Positions 18,543-28,454 of a stretch of 64,000 nt of DNA are shown one piece after another. Within the stretch, counting starts at the first letter, position 1. Every line of letters begins with the position of its first letter. Both the position numbers and the translations under genes were made by a program. The notes under the pieces were generated by a model. It was not told the DNA's origin. It worked only from the letters and a program-made list of their open reading frames with translations, and made no database searches. Origin of the DNA: a phage; the NCBI GenBank assembly GCA_012441205.1, contig GCA_012441205.1_4705.1; one strand, 5' to 3'.

Positions 18543-19364
18543 ATGGAAAAAGTATTTGTTTGTAAGTTGTTTACCAACGGCAATAGCCAACCAATGTATC
18601 TGACCGATCCTGTTCTAGGTAATCGGAACAGTACCGTATTCAAAGAGGCTTTCGAATACGCTAAAAATAAAGCCGTGAGAACACTGACGTCTGATGACTG
18701 TATCAACGGTATCACGTGGGCAGAGTTAATCGGTGATGCCGTTCGACACTTCGTTCGGGATGCGAGAAAACGGGAAATCTGTCTCACGACTATTGTTGTG
18801 CGTGAAAACGCAGAAATTTTATCAAACGTTTTGGTTGATTTTAATGACGTTTGTGTGTTTAATCCAGAGAACACGTTTGAACAATACCTTACTGCCCTGA
18901 ACAACCAGCTCGGTAAAGATATTCATCCCGAATTCGCCAAGTTAACATATCAGTTACTTTTTGACGACGTCGATCCAAATACGAAGATCGATACCAGCTT
19001 ATCGCCCCTGGTAAAGAAATACGGATCGGTTCTCGCTACGGCAACACCCACCACCGATGGTGGTTATGATATCGAATTGGATGATCCATTAAAAGAACAA
19101 GAGCCTACTGGGGTTAGGGCGGTACATCACAACCTCGTCGTTAAATCTGATGGATGCGATGAACATTACGCTATGATAAACGATGAAAACAATTACCGTT
19201 TAAGTCAAGCGATTGGTGTTCTACGCTATACCGAACCCACTGTTGTAGACGATTATACATCGACAACAACGCACACCACGTGTTTCATTTTCATCTATCC
19301 CAATGAAAGTGTGTACATTACCGACTGCTATGGCAATACCGTAGATAGCTTACGTCGTTATTGA
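18543..19364 (+). CDS. hypothetical protein
   Basis: Track ORF from 18525; ATG at 18543 has AGGA 8 nt upstream. Confidence 0.55.
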   Translation: MEKVFVCKLFTNGNSQPMYLTDPVLGNRNSTVFKEAFEYAKNKAVRTLTSDDCINGITWAELIGDAVRHFVRDARKREICLTTIVVRENAEILSNVLVDFNDVCVFNPENTFEQYLTALNNQLGKDIHPEFAKLTYQLLFDDVDPNTKIDTSLSPLVKKYGSVLATATPTTDGGYDIELDDPLKEQEPTGVRAVHHNLVVKSDGCDEHYAMINDENNYRLSQAIGVLRYTEPTVVDDYTSTTTHTTCFIFIYPNESVYITDCYGNTVDSLRRY

Positions 19365-19370
19365 TTATCG

Positions 19371-19398
19371 AGCCTGTCCTTCGGGGCAGGCTTTTTAT
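19371..19398 (+). terminator. rho-independent terminator
   Basis: AGCCTGTCC-ttcg-GGGCAGGCT followed by TTTTTA, directly after the stop of 18543..19364. Confidence 0.75.
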
Positions 19399-19473
19399 GC
19401 TGTTAAATATCAGGAATAAGAATTAACAAAATAGGAAAATGGTGTGTATATAACACAAAGGAGGGAGATGATT

Positions 19474-19590
19474 ATGTTACTCATTCTAATGGAGAGAGCA
19501 TTGCTGGCGGGTATCTGCGCATTCTCTGTTAAACACGCTGTTGCTATCATGGCTGAAGAAAGGCGTAATACGCATAATGTATTACGCTGA
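19474..19590 (+). CDS. small hydrophobic peptide (38 aa), unannotated short ORF
   Basis: Strongest SD in the window (AAGGAGGG) 6-7 nt before ATG; MLLILMERALLAGICAFSVKHAVAIMAEERRNTHNVLR. Below the ORF-track size cutoff. Confidence 0.4.
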   Translation: MLLILMERALLAGICAFSVKHAVAIMAEERRNTHNVLR

Positions 19591-19658
19591 AAACACTGTG
19601 TGCATTAGTGTATGACGAGAAATCGTCGAGGCCCCCGTCTTCACGAGGGCCAACACCT

Positions 19659-20009
19659 ATGCATGATTATTCATCGTCTGTTAAACAAAAGGTTATAAAC
19701 ATGAGCAATTTGAACGTTGAATTTACTTCAACAACGCCTGTCATGAATGGTGTTGGCACTGAAACCAAAATCGTATTAGAACCCATTCCAGGGTTACGCG
19801 ATCTCGGTGATTTTTATCCACTGATGCCGCGTATACGGAAGGCCTTAAACAGTATCGATCTTGATTCCAATAAAGATTTCCAACACGATACAGAAAATAC
19901 CGATCATGTATTGCTGCCATCAGGGATCGCAAAATTCACCTACACGCAAACATTGAAAGCCTCTGATGGTGAAATCCGTCGTTTTATCGTTGAAGTAGAA
20001 AGCGCATAA
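19659..20009 (+). CDS. hypothetical protein (start uncertain: 19608 GTG, 19659 ATG or 19701 ATG)
   Basis: Track ORF 19608..20009; internal ATGs at 19659 and 19701 have weak SD-like sequences. Confidence 0.45.
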   Translation: MHDYSSSVKQKVINMSNLNVEFTSTTPVMNGVGTETKIVLEPIPGLRDLGDFYPLMPRIRKALNSIDLDSNKDFQHDTENTDHVLLPSGIAKFTYTQTLKASDGEIRRFIVEVESA

Positions 20010-20013
20010 AAAC

Positions 20014-20045
20014 CATCCTCCCAACCCGTAAGGGAAGGGAGGATG
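20014..20045. terminator. nested hairpin element between convergent genes
   Basis: CATCCTCCC-aa-CCCgtaaGGG-aa-GGGAGGATG with GNRA-type GTAA tetraloop. Confidence 0.6.
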
Positions 20046-20062
20046 AAATATGCCGTTAAACG

Positions 20063-20692
20063 TTATTCAACAAACCCTGCATTCAACAGATTGTCGTAAA
20101 CACGATTAGCGACATCAACAGGAGAATGTGTGTTACTGGTATCTATACGCAGCGTTTTCGCGTCGCCGAGATAGTCCATAAAATCCATGTAACGATAACG
20201 TCGTTTATTGAATGTCGCTTCATCGATGTTATCAAACATCTGATGTTTAGCGTGACGAACACGGAACCGCCTTAAATACGTAGGATAGTCGATATCCAGA
20301 TAAACATAGTAAGACGGCATGATAATCGACGGTAGGTTCGGCAACAATGCGTCAAACAACTTAACGTTGGCATCATTAACCTGATAAACATACGTCGAAG
20401 CAATCGAACGATCGCTAAGCACAGTCTTCCCTTCGTTAAGGGCTGGATGAATCACCTTGTTGAAGAGATGATTACGTTGCGACATCATCGCCAATAGTTC
20501 AGTTTCTGGATCGAATCTGTTCGTTGGTGTCTGATCTTCCAGGATAAGTTTACGAATGGCTTCTCCGTAGAGCGTACCACCGGGTTCACGTACGACACAG
20601 ACGTTGTTTAAACGACTGTGTAAAGACGAGATAACCGAACTCTTTCCTGAATAATCCAGACCTTCAATAACGATATATTTATTACGAGACAT
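20063..20692 (-). CDS. tmk: thymidylate kinase (dTMP kinase)
   Basis: KYIVIEGLDYSGKSS (P-loop), REPGGT, VLSDRSIASTYVYQ match the Tmk motif order; start placed at MSRNKY. Confidence 0.8.
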   Translation of the reverse strand: MSRNKYIVIEGLDYSGKSSVISSLHSRLNNVCVVREPGGTLYGEAIRKLILEDQTPTNRFDPETELLAMMSQRNHLFNKVIHPALNEGKTVLSDRSIASTYVYQVNDANVKLFDALLPNLPSIIMPSYYVYLDIDYPTYLRRFRVRHAKHQMFDNIDEATFNKRRYRYMDFMDYLGDAKTLRIDTSNTHSPVDVANRVYDNLLNAGFVE

Positions 20693-20708
20693 TCCCCGCT
20701 CCAATTAA

Positions 20709-21935
20709 CTACTTCGTTTTCGCCGTTATCGGCTGCGATACTGTAATCTCGACCCGATCGACATCGGTACGTTTAACGATGATAAGGCTGCGTTCATCAC
20801 CGAATGGTTCTGAGATCTTACAAGCCTCTTTAAGATTTTCGAGAATCGTGCCATGGGGTTCAAACACCGCAAAACCGGAACTAGCGTCGATTCTTATTAA
20901 ATATACACGCACATTGTTTACGGTAATGGTGTCATCCGTCTTGAACCCACAGCAGGAGGGTAGACAGAACTGACCATTAACGCAATTAGCTAAGTATGCC
21001 TCACCACCGAACATTTCTATTAACGTCACCGGTTTAAATGTTTTCTCTGGGAAAGCATTATTAAGAATATCGTTTCCATTCACAAACCAGATCGTTACTT
21101 TATCTTCGGAATACGCTAGTCTGTATGGTTGGGTTGCGGACGCCTGCGCTTTATGCTGGTTAAATAACTTTGATTTTGTCGCAATCACAGCACGACCTTG
21201 GGCGTCAAAGTACAGAACTTCATACCCAACACATCCGATAAACACGCGACGGTTATTAAGTTCCGGAATTCTGACTACTAACGCATTACCATCTTCCGTC
21301 GGTGTAATACCACGTAGGATGATAGATTCGTTGTTCAATGTTGAGTTGCTCACGATGACGCTTCGCATTACCGCTGGCGACACTATTTCATCTGCTGCAG
21401 GTTCAAGTTGCTCCGCTGTTACAGTCACGGATCTGTCTTCCTTTTCAACTGGCCAGTTGAAAAGGATTGTTTTATTAAGACAAACAATTGGGGTAATTTC
21501 GCCGATACTCCGTATCTTGACTGAGGGGCAATTGCACACATACGGAACAAAAACATCAATATCGTTGGTCGCTTCTTCAAGCATGCTAGCATACGCCATT
21601 GCTTCGGGACGATCGGTGAGATGAATAACAGCATAGACGATATCGTCTTTTAACCACGCACGTTTCACTCGTCCTATAACACGATTGATGTCTACAATAA
21701 CTCTCTGAGCTTTCATCTCCCATTTTACTGCATCAGTACCACCCGCAACCACGTTCGGTTTATCCGTGTTTACACGATGAAGGAAACTATTGATTATTTC
21801 CTCATCGATCTGGATATCCTTTCTCGCAAAATTCAACAACGGAATAACGAACTCATTGTTACCGCACTTCTCTGCTCCGCGAATGATAGGAGTACACTTC
21901 TTGTTCTCATCTGATCCCCAGATAACTTTAGTCAT
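20709..21935 (-). CDS. hypothetical protein
   Basis: Track ORF 20709..21962; ATG at 21935 has AAGGAAAC upstream. No motif recognised. Confidence 0.55.
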   Translation of the reverse strand: MTKVIWGSDENKKCTPIIRGAEKCGNNEFVIPLLNFARKDIQIDEEIINSFLHRVNTDKPNVVAGGTDAVKWEMKAQRVIVDINRVIGRVKRAWLKDDIVYAVIHLTDRPEAMAYASMLEEATNDIDVFVPYVCNCPSVKIRSIGEITPIVCLNKTILFNWPVEKEDRSVTVTAEQLEPAADEIVSPAVMRSVIVSNSTLNNESIILRGITPTEDGNALVVRIPELNNRRVFIGCVGYEVLYFDAQGRAVIATKSKLFNQHKAQASATQPYRLAYSEDKVTIWFVNGNDILNNAFPEKTFKPVTLIEMFGGEAYLANCVNGQFCLPSCCGFKTDDTITVNNVRVYLIRIDASSGFAVFEPHGTILENLKEACKISEPFGDERSLIIVKRTDVDRVEITVSQPITAKTK

Positions 21936-21968
21936 TTTCTGTTTCCTTCTTGGGTTTTGCACAAGTTT

Positions 21969-22583
21969 CTAACGGCGTTTTGTACCGACCTTCCCATTTC
22001 GATGGTCATCAAGAATACGCCATTCTTCGAACAGGAGTTCGGCTGCGAAATAACCTACAGCGATGCTGTCTATCGCATGCTCATCAAGATTCGCTAACAC
22101 AACACCGTTTCTGGGTGTGATGTTCATGAGGTTCAACACTTTCTGGCGAACATCGTCCTTACCAACACGGGACGTCATAATCCCAACAGCGCGTTTTGCG
22201 CTTCGGTTATCAACCCCTAAGAAAGATACCGTAGGATCAAAATCGATAACCGTTGTATGAATCGCTGAAAACAGCTCGCTGAGCGCCATACCGCTTTGCT
22301 TGAAACGACCGATGAATGGCGTCTCACAAGCGACCGCTTGCGGCTGGTACTCTTGCAATAACGTTGTCAGTGAACGACGGTGTTCTTGGATACGTGCGGC
22401 ACGATTACCGTATCCAAGCGCAATATCGCCATCGGGATCATATCGACGTGAAGCGTGCCATGTCCCTGCATACAGCAGTTCAATATCTTCGACACGCACG
22501 TCCAAACGTAGTAACGACGCACCGAGTGTATCGGTGCCAGGGTCGATTGCCAGAATATCGTAAGCGTATTCTGGTGGGATCAT
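21969..22583 (-). CDS. RuvC-like Holliday-junction resolvase
   Basis: ILAIDPGTDTLG (cf. RuvC ILGIDPGSRVTG), acidic E in ACETPF, and C-terminal DEHAIDSIAVG (cf. DAADALAIAI); start overlaps upstream stop as ATGA. Confidence 0.65.
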   Translation of the reverse strand: MIPPEYAYDILAIDPGTDTLGASLLRLDVRVEDIELLYAGTWHASRRYDPDGDIALGYGNRAARIQEHRRSLTTLLQEYQPQAVACETPFIGRFKQSGMALSELFSAIHTTVIDFDPTVSFLGVDNRSAKRAVGIMTSRVGKDDVRQKVLNLMNITPRNGVVLANLDEHAIDSIAVGYFAAELLFEEWRILDDHRNGKVGTKRR

Positions 22584-23395
22584 GGTGTTACAACAGCCTC
22601 TACTGACCATGGGAAGGTTTTCGCAACAACACCTTCCAGGAAGCGTTCAACTTCCGATTGCTCATACACCGAAAGCTTTTCGAACGGCGTTTGGTCTTCG
22701 GTTAAACCTATCGCGTGAATAGGACCCAGGTCTTTAACCAGAGTGACTTCGCCTTTAACGCCTTCGCGTTTAACGATGATCGCATGATCATTAACCTTGG
22801 GATCATACAGCACGCGCATCATGGTTACCGCGTCATCCGGTTCATGACCGAAATCGATGGCAACACGAGCATTCGTCCCTTCATCATCCAGAAGCTTGCT
22901 CAGCGCTTTACAACGGTCTTCAATCCAATCCAACGCAACCACGGTTTCTTGGCGTAGCTGAACCTCAACTTCTTTTCCTTGTTCGTCGATACGTTTCACG
23001 GTAACAAAATCGTGTAATAGGCGGTCAGGAAGGAGGGAAGCAATAAGCTCAATGTTGGGTTCAGGTTTTTCGTTTTCCAGAATGATGGTCGCTTGTGCGT
23101 CCAGATGTTCTTTAAAACGGATGTAGCGCGTTAATCGCAGAACTTCATCTTGGGATTTTGCGTCTTCGGGAATAATCTCCGTCATGACGTTATAAATCTT
23201 TTCAGCGAACGTCGGAATTACGGTGATTGTAATTCGTGCTGGTGTACCACGCTCCTGGTACTCATCGGCTAACTTCTTCGCCATCCCGTTAAAGTAGGTC
23301 TGGAGAAACGGTTGCTGCGTTAAAAACATTTTCTCCAGATCGGAATAGCGATGCTTGCGTGCATGGCCTAGCTTCTTCATGGGTTTTTTCATCAA
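22580..23395 (-). CDS. hypothetical protein (no metallophosphatase motifs, so not an obvious SbcD/Mre11)
   Basis: 271-aa ORF between the SbcC-like gene and the RuvC-like gene. Confidence 0.55.
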   Translation of the reverse strand: MMKKPMKKLGHARKHRYSDLEKMFLTQQPFLQTYFNGMAKKLADEYQERGTPARITITVIPTFAEKIYNVMTEIIPEDAKSQDEVLRLTRYIRFKEHLDAQATIILENEKPEPNIELIASLLPDRLLHDFVTVKRIDEQGKEVEVQLRQETVVALDWIEDRCKALSKLLDDEGTNARVAIDFGHEPDDAVTMMRVLYDPKVNDHAIIVKREGVKGEVTLVKDLGPIHAIGLTEDQTPFEKLSVYEQSEVERFLEGVVAKTFPWSVEAVVTP

Positions 23396-23413
23396 CAGAA
23401 ATCCTTATTTGTC

Positions 23414-25933
23414 TTAAATAATCGTGACGTGTTCGTTATATGTTTCAGGGAGAATGATGTTCGTTTTATCAAGAACCATACACTCGGCTTTACGGAATGA
23501 TGCATGGTTGATCACATAGTGACTGATGAACCACACCTGGCTTACGCGGTGACCATCAACCAGACGACGAACAAAATCCATGGCATTAGATTGGTGCTGC
23601 GGATCAAATGTTGATGCGAATTCATCTAACATCAACGGATAATCCGTAAACCCCTTGTAATGCATCATCGCGATGATGAACGCGATATTGATAATTTCCT
23701 TTTGTCCCTTACTCCCATAAACAATATCTTTTCGCGGTGTCGGATACTTCTCAGTTAAAAGCGGAAAACGATAGTTCAATCCTTGCGCGTCGATAGCACA
23801 CGGGAGTATCTGAAGTTGGTATTCCCAAATACTCGCAATGATGCCGTTCATGTACTCAACGAACGCGTTGATGGGACCCGCAATTGTTTCGGCAATCAGT
23901 CCGTTGGATGGACTCAACTCATCCAGAACAAGTTGTGCGTAACTGAGCTGTTCTTCCACCTCTTTTTGTGTCGTTTCCAACTGAGCCAGAAGCTGCTGGT
24001 CGGTTTTAGCTTCCTGTAGTTGCTGTTCGACATGACTTATTCGGCGAACTGTATCAGACATCGCAGCACGTAACGATTTCGTGTAGAGGTGTTGCAGATA
24101 CTCTAACCACAGTTGCGTTAACGCTTTATCGCTGTTATCAGAACGTACCTGATCTTCCATAATCGCCGTAATGGTTTCCAATCTACCTTCCGTAGCTGTG
24201 ATGGCTTGTGTTAACCGCTCAACGGTTGTTAACAACTCTGTCCTGTTCTTATAAAGCAATTCTCGACGTTGCTGTAACGGTTCAACATCAACCGCTTGTA
24301 CACGTTCGAGCATGCCTTGAAGATGTTTACGTTCTTGTTCGGCTTGTGTATAACGTGCGAGTTTCTCGAATGCAAGCAACCAATCATTAATGATTCCAAT
24401 GCTGCGGAATCCTAATCCGTTTTTACGTCCTTCTTCCAGCAGATTGTCCCACATGGGTTTAATGGCGTAATAATCCTTCGTCCAACGTGTTAACTGACGA
24501 TGTTGTTCCATCCAGAGCGTATAACGCTGAACCTTCTCGCTAAGCTCAGCTAACGATTTCTCTTGTTCTTCAACCCAAGCACGGCCTTTCTGAATGCGTT
24601 GTTCAATACTCGCTTTGCTGGTCTTTTCCGTTTCACCAACATGAAAGCGATAATTGCATTTTGGACAGCTGGTCTGGGGTTGATGATTCAGATGGTCGAG
24701 ATGCGCTTCCAAATCGGCTAACGCATGTTTCGCGTTACGCAAACGCATTCTTGCTGCCTCTTCCTCCTTGATGTAAGCTTCAGCATCGTAAACATGATAG
24801 GTGTTGTCGGTATCAATCCATTCTTGCAATAGTTCCGTTAACGGAGCCTGAACTTGTGTGAGCTGTTGTAAACAAACCGCAGCGTCCAGATTCATCGTTA
24901 AAAGCTCACCTGGATGATCTTGCTGAAGTTGTTCGTCCAAACATGCAATGCGGGCTTTAATTTGATCGATATCACCTTCGCCAGACTGTTTCAACTGGTC
25001 AAGGATATTATCGATACCCAACAGCTCGTCAACCTGACTTTCGAGTTTTGCATTCGCATTCGCGAGTTGCTCTCTTAGTTCAGCCAGATTCTGCTGTTCT
25101 TGTTGCGATGTTCCTCCTTGGTAACGAACAACCGCACGAAGAAGCTCGCGATTAAAATGATGGGCACGTTGTGCGGATTCCAGAAGCTGTCGTTGATCAA
25201 CATCGCTATCGAATAACGGCAATCCCATCATCGCTTCGAGCGCTGAGCGTTGCTGTTTTAACTCTGCTTCCAATCCCTGGTGGTCGGTGCCCGTGTATTT
25301 CGCTTCAATGCGCTGTGATGTTTCAACCAACTTATTCAGTGTATGCTCATTCACCGCTTTCAGTGAACGTACTTGTTGCTTAACAACCTGAAACAACTCG
25401 AGCGCATAATCGACGTTAACCGGACATATCTGTGTTAATCGTTCGCGGCGTTTCATCGGTCCCATTTCGGTGAACTGATAAGCCGTTTCGTAACCTAGCA
25501 ACAAACGAATGGTGTCATCATTAAGTTCGAAATGTTCTTCAATCAGTTTCCATTGGGCCGGTTGTGTGCCACCACCGTTCAGGTTCTCGCTGTCGTTAAC
25601 GTAGAACTCATGCTTAAACCCTTTTTCTAAACGACTGATAAGACGGTATTGCTTATTACGGTGTTCGCAGCGGTACTCGTAATACCCGTCTTTATCAAAA
25701 TCAGCACGCTCAGGAACGGTCGGATACAGCAAAGGCAATAGACTACTCTTACCGGAACCATTACTGCCTAAAATGAGTTGTACGGGATTATCTGGCCGGA
25801 TGACCAGCTCCCGAATCATCCCGGTATCAAAACGATTGAATCCACGTAAGTGGAGATAGGTGCATCGCATGCTATGATAATCCTTCTTCGATACCTTCTG
25901 AACCACGGGTTCAGAATGCGAAGCTGAAGCCAT
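23414..25933 (-). CDS. SbcC/Rad50-like SMC-family ATPase with zinc-hook
   Basis: N-terminal LILGSNGSGKSSLL (Walker A), long coiled-coil middle with CPKC hook motif, C-terminal LMLDEFAS (Walker B). Functional start may be internal Met at 25870. Confidence 0.7.
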   Translation of the reverse strand: MASASHSEPVVQKVSKKDYHSMRCTYLHLRGFNRFDTGMIRELVIRPDNPVQLILGSNGSGKSSLLPLLYPTVPERADFDKDGYYEYRCEHRNKQYRLISRLEKGFKHEFYVNDSENLNGGGTQPAQWKLIEEHFELNDDTIRLLLGYETAYQFTEMGPMKRRERLTQICPVNVDYALELFQVVKQQVRSLKAVNEHTLNKLVETSQRIEAKYTGTDHQGLEAELKQQRSALEAMMGLPLFDSDVDQRQLLESAQRAHHFNRELLRAVVRYQGGTSQQEQQNLAELREQLANANAKLESQVDELLGIDNILDQLKQSGEGDIDQIKARIACLDEQLQQDHPGELLTMNLDAAVCLQQLTQVQAPLTELLQEWIDTDNTYHVYDAEAYIKEEEAARMRLRNAKHALADLEAHLDHLNHQPQTSCPKCNYRFHVGETEKTSKASIEQRIQKGRAWVEEQEKSLAELSEKVQRYTLWMEQHRQLTRWTKDYYAIKPMWDNLLEEGRKNGLGFRSIGIINDWLLAFEKLARYTQAEQERKHLQGMLERVQAVDVEPLQQRRELLYKNRTELLTTVERLTQAITATEGRLETITAIMEDQVRSDNSDKALTQLWLEYLQHLYTKSLRAAMSDTVRRISHVEQQLQEAKTDQQLLAQLETTQKEVEEQLSYAQLVLDELSPSNGLIAETIAGPINAFVEYMNGIIASIWEYQLQILPCAIDAQGLNYRFPLLTEKYPTPRKDIVYGSKGQKEIINIAFIIAMMHYKGFTDYPLMLDEFASTFDPQHQSNAMDFVRRLVDGHRVSQVWFISHYVINHASFRKAECMVLDKTNIILPETYNEHVTII

Positions 25934-25984
25934 ACTTCAGCGTTATTTTCTATATCGTTATTTAAATCAGTAGGAGATTACAGC

Positions 25985-27073
25985 ATGAGCGACCTGGCAA
26001 CAGACAATCGCACAAAAGGGAGTCAGCTAGCTCCAGACAACAACGTAAGCGTTTTCCGTATCTATGCCTTGGGTACTGTTGCTGCCGACTTTTCCAATAA
26101 AAGTCTGGAGGAAGATCCTAACCAGACGCTGGAGGTCTTTCTTGATGAGATGATGTCAGGCGCTGATGGGAAAGTTGAAGCGGTGGGAAGCGTTAAAGAA
26201 GTCAGTGCAACAGACGCTCAAGGGAACAGCTATACGGCGAAAGCGGCAACAACAACCAGCATACAGTGTTACTGGTTACCCTTCGGCAGTAACCGGATGA
26301 CAGCACCTAACTTGAGGAAAGGTCAGCGTGTGGTGGTTTGGCGTACCGCGGATGAAGAACAACTCTATTGGCAACCCAAAGGAGGGGATAGCGAGCTGAT
26401 GACCATGGAATCGGTTATCCTCACCGTCAGCGCACGTCCTAGCGCCAAGAAGGACCGTAAATCGATTTCAACGGAAGACTGCTATTACCTAATGGTTGAT
26501 ACCTTCCTCAAGAAAGCGGTTATCGGCACCAGCGCACAGCTTGGTGAAGTTACCCAAGTCTACATGGAACTTAATCTGGACGAGGGTTACCTACAGGTTG
26601 CGGACAGCGTTCATCAAAATCTGTTGTTACTCCATTTTGTCGAGCATATGCTGCGTTATCAAAACCAGGACGACAGCATCATCGACGTGACAAAAAAGAA
26701 CATCACGTTCCAGTGCGAGGATACGCTCAAAGCAATCGCTAAGAACGATATCCGAATGAAAGCAAAAAATATTTATACGGAATGTGAGAACTTTGAACGT
26801 ACCAGCAAAACAGAAAGCGTTACGAGTCAGAATGTTTCTTTGAAGTGTGATCGTTACACCGCGCAAGTATCAGGACAGACCACGTTTAAATGTCCTAATA
26901 CGGTATTCACTGGAGCTGTAAGCTTCACAGGTGAAGACGGAAACACGATGACGTTGAATGGGAACTTCGTACACATCGCAGGCTCTTGGCGTTCACCAAC
27001 CGGAACAAACGTATACACCCACGATCACGGTGGTGTAGATCGTGGTAGCGGTCGTACAGACCCGTTCCAATAA
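25985..27073 (+). CDS. hypothetical protein, possible baseplate central-spike (gpV-like) with His-rich apex
   Basis: AGGAG 8 nt upstream of ATG; C-terminal NVYTHDHGGVDRGSGRTDP recalls the HxH iron-binding tip of P2 gpV / phi92 gp138-type spikes (from memory). Confidence 0.3.
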   Translation: MSDLATDNRTKGSQLAPDNNVSVFRIYALGTVAADFSNKSLEEDPNQTLEVFLDEMMSGADGKVEAVGSVKEVSATDAQGNSYTAKAATTTSIQCYWLPFGSNRMTAPNLRKGQRVVVWRTADEEQLYWQPKGGDSELMTMESVILTVSARPSAKKDRKSISTEDCYYLMVDTFLKKAVIGTSAQLGEVTQVYMELNLDEGYLQVADSVHQNLLLLHFVEHMLRYQNQDDSIIDVTKKNITFQCEDTLKAIAKNDIRMKAKNIYTECENFERTSKTESVTSQNVSLKCDRYTAQVSGQTTFKCPNTVFTGAVSFTGEDGNTMTLNGNFVHIAGSWRSPTGTNVYTHDHGGVDRGSGRTDPFQ

Positions 27074-27104
27074 ACAGAAGAAAAAAAAAAGAAATGCAAT
27101 ACAA

Positions 27105-27139
27105 CCTCCTTCCCTAGCCGTCAAGGCCGGGGAAGGAGG
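27105..27139. terminator. nested hairpin element between convergent genes
   Basis: CCTCCTTCC-ctaGCCgtcaaGGCcgg-GGAAGGAGG, preceded by an A10 run. Confidence 0.55.
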
Positions 27140-27154
27140 ATTATAGTTTATTTA

Positions 27155-27544
27155 TTAACGCGTTGCATTCTGGATGATTTCTTTTCCGATCTTAACCAAA
27201 GCGGGTATCTGTACAGCGGTTGCGCCTCGATGACGAAACGCGGTCGTTAACGCGGTATCGATACTCACCGCACGTCCGTGAAGACGATCGAAATAGACTT
27301 GAGTGATTGCGGTAGCGTAATCCTTTCGCTGTTTCTTGGTTTGGCTCAACAGCGCCGCACTATGACTAACGATGAAGTAAGCGATTAAGAAGAACGCCGC
27401 TGACCGAGAACCAGGTAGAAAACCTTGTCGCTTAGGGAGCATCTCACAATCGCGAACACTATTATCGTTCGCCAGCTCTTCCATATCAACACAGCATAAT
27501 TTTGCATAGGTGTGGAGATAGTGGGTAAAAGTTGAATTTAACAT
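27155..27544 (-). CDS. hypothetical small protein (putative early gene)
   Basis: 129 aa; last gene of the minus-strand array downstream of the 31 kb promoter-like motifs. Confidence 0.5.
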   Translation of the reverse strand: MLNSTFTHYLHTYAKLCCVDMEELANDNSVRDCEMLPKRQGFLPGSRSAAFFLIAYFIVSHSAALLSQTKKQRKDYATAITQVYFDRLHGRAVSIDTALTTAFRHRGATAVQIPALVKIGKEIIQNATR

Positions 27545-27649
27545 TTTCTTTCCTCGATTGCCATGAGTTCAATGTATAGCTTAAACGTCACAGAACGACG
27601 TATAACGGTTTGTTTTAATTTCTAAGGGGTTTCCTTATCTAAGATTGAT

Positions 27650-28012
27650 TTAAAGCGTTCTGAAGAGTTCTGTAGCGTTCTCGTCACGTAGGCAGGCTTC
27701 GTTCAACAATTCAGCTAACAGCTTCGACCGAACTTCAACAAATGTCCTGAGGCGATGCTCCCATTCTAAACGGATAGTGTACGTATTATCCAGGTTTTTG
27801 TAATCAACGACAGATGTAGAACAACGGGCCTCGCGTTTGTTCACAGCACTCCAAACATCACGGATAACCGTCACGCCTTTCTTGGTACACGTAAACGTTA
27901 AAATAAAGCGATTATTCGCAGCTTCTTCACGGACGCCAACAAATTCACTTCGCAACGATGAGACTTTGATCAGTCGGTCAATAGCTAACGATAAACCGAT
28001 ACGTTGTTGCAT
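27650..28012 (-). CDS. hypothetical small protein (putative early gene)
   Basis: 120 aa; stop 2 nt from the next start. Confidence 0.5.
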   Translation of the reverse strand: MQQRIGLSLAIDRLIKVSSLRSEFVGVREEAANNRFILTFTCTKKGVTVIRDVWSAVNKREARCSTSVVDYKNLDNTYTIRLEWEHRLRTFVEVRSKLLAELLNEACLRDENATELFRTL

Positions 28013-28013
28013 A

Positions 28014-28439
28014 TCAAATTCCTTCTTTCAGAATCTCATTAAGACCGTCAGTAATCCAGTCGAACTTCGTCTTAATCATGGCTGGGTTCAATCCATATAC
28101 TTCCCACACAAGCTGGGGTTTATGTGTTCCATCGTCCAAACAAAGCACATCGATTGAGAGTACCATACCACCCGTCAATTTCATGTTCTCGCAACTACGA
28201 AGATATGCGGATTCTAGCAATACTTTCCCTAACGCAGTGCAAGCAAATGTTAACCGGGAAGAGTACAGGTACGATGACGTTTTACAGTAGGTTGCTGATA
28301 TCGGTTGAATATGTTTGCGGAGTTTGGCGTCTTCACGTAAAAGCAATAACGTGTGATGTAACCGCGTATGCTCGGTAACCGATGAGCTATACTCACCGAT
28401 ACACTCTTCGGCGACTGATTTAGGCCATTTAATTTTCAT
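28014..28439 (-). CDS. hypothetical small protein, paralog-like with 28455..28898
   Basis: N-terminus MKIKWPKSVA resembles MEIKFCKSIA of the neighbour. Confidence 0.5.
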   Translation of the reverse strand: MKIKWPKSVAEECIGEYSSSVTEHTRLHHTLLLLREDAKLRKHIQPISATYCKTSSYLYSSRLTFACTALGKVLLESAYLRSCENMKLTGGMVLSIDVLCLDDGTHKPQLVWEVYGLNPAMIKTKFDWITDGLNEILKEGI

Positions 28440-28454
28440 GTTCGATTCCTCGTA

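Noticed and set aside
22580-23395. 271-aa protein as the SbcD/Mre11 partner of the SbcC-like ATPase
   Set aside because: It lacks the DxH / GDxxD / GNH(D/E) metallophosphatase motifs, so it cannot be called a nuclease from sequence alone.
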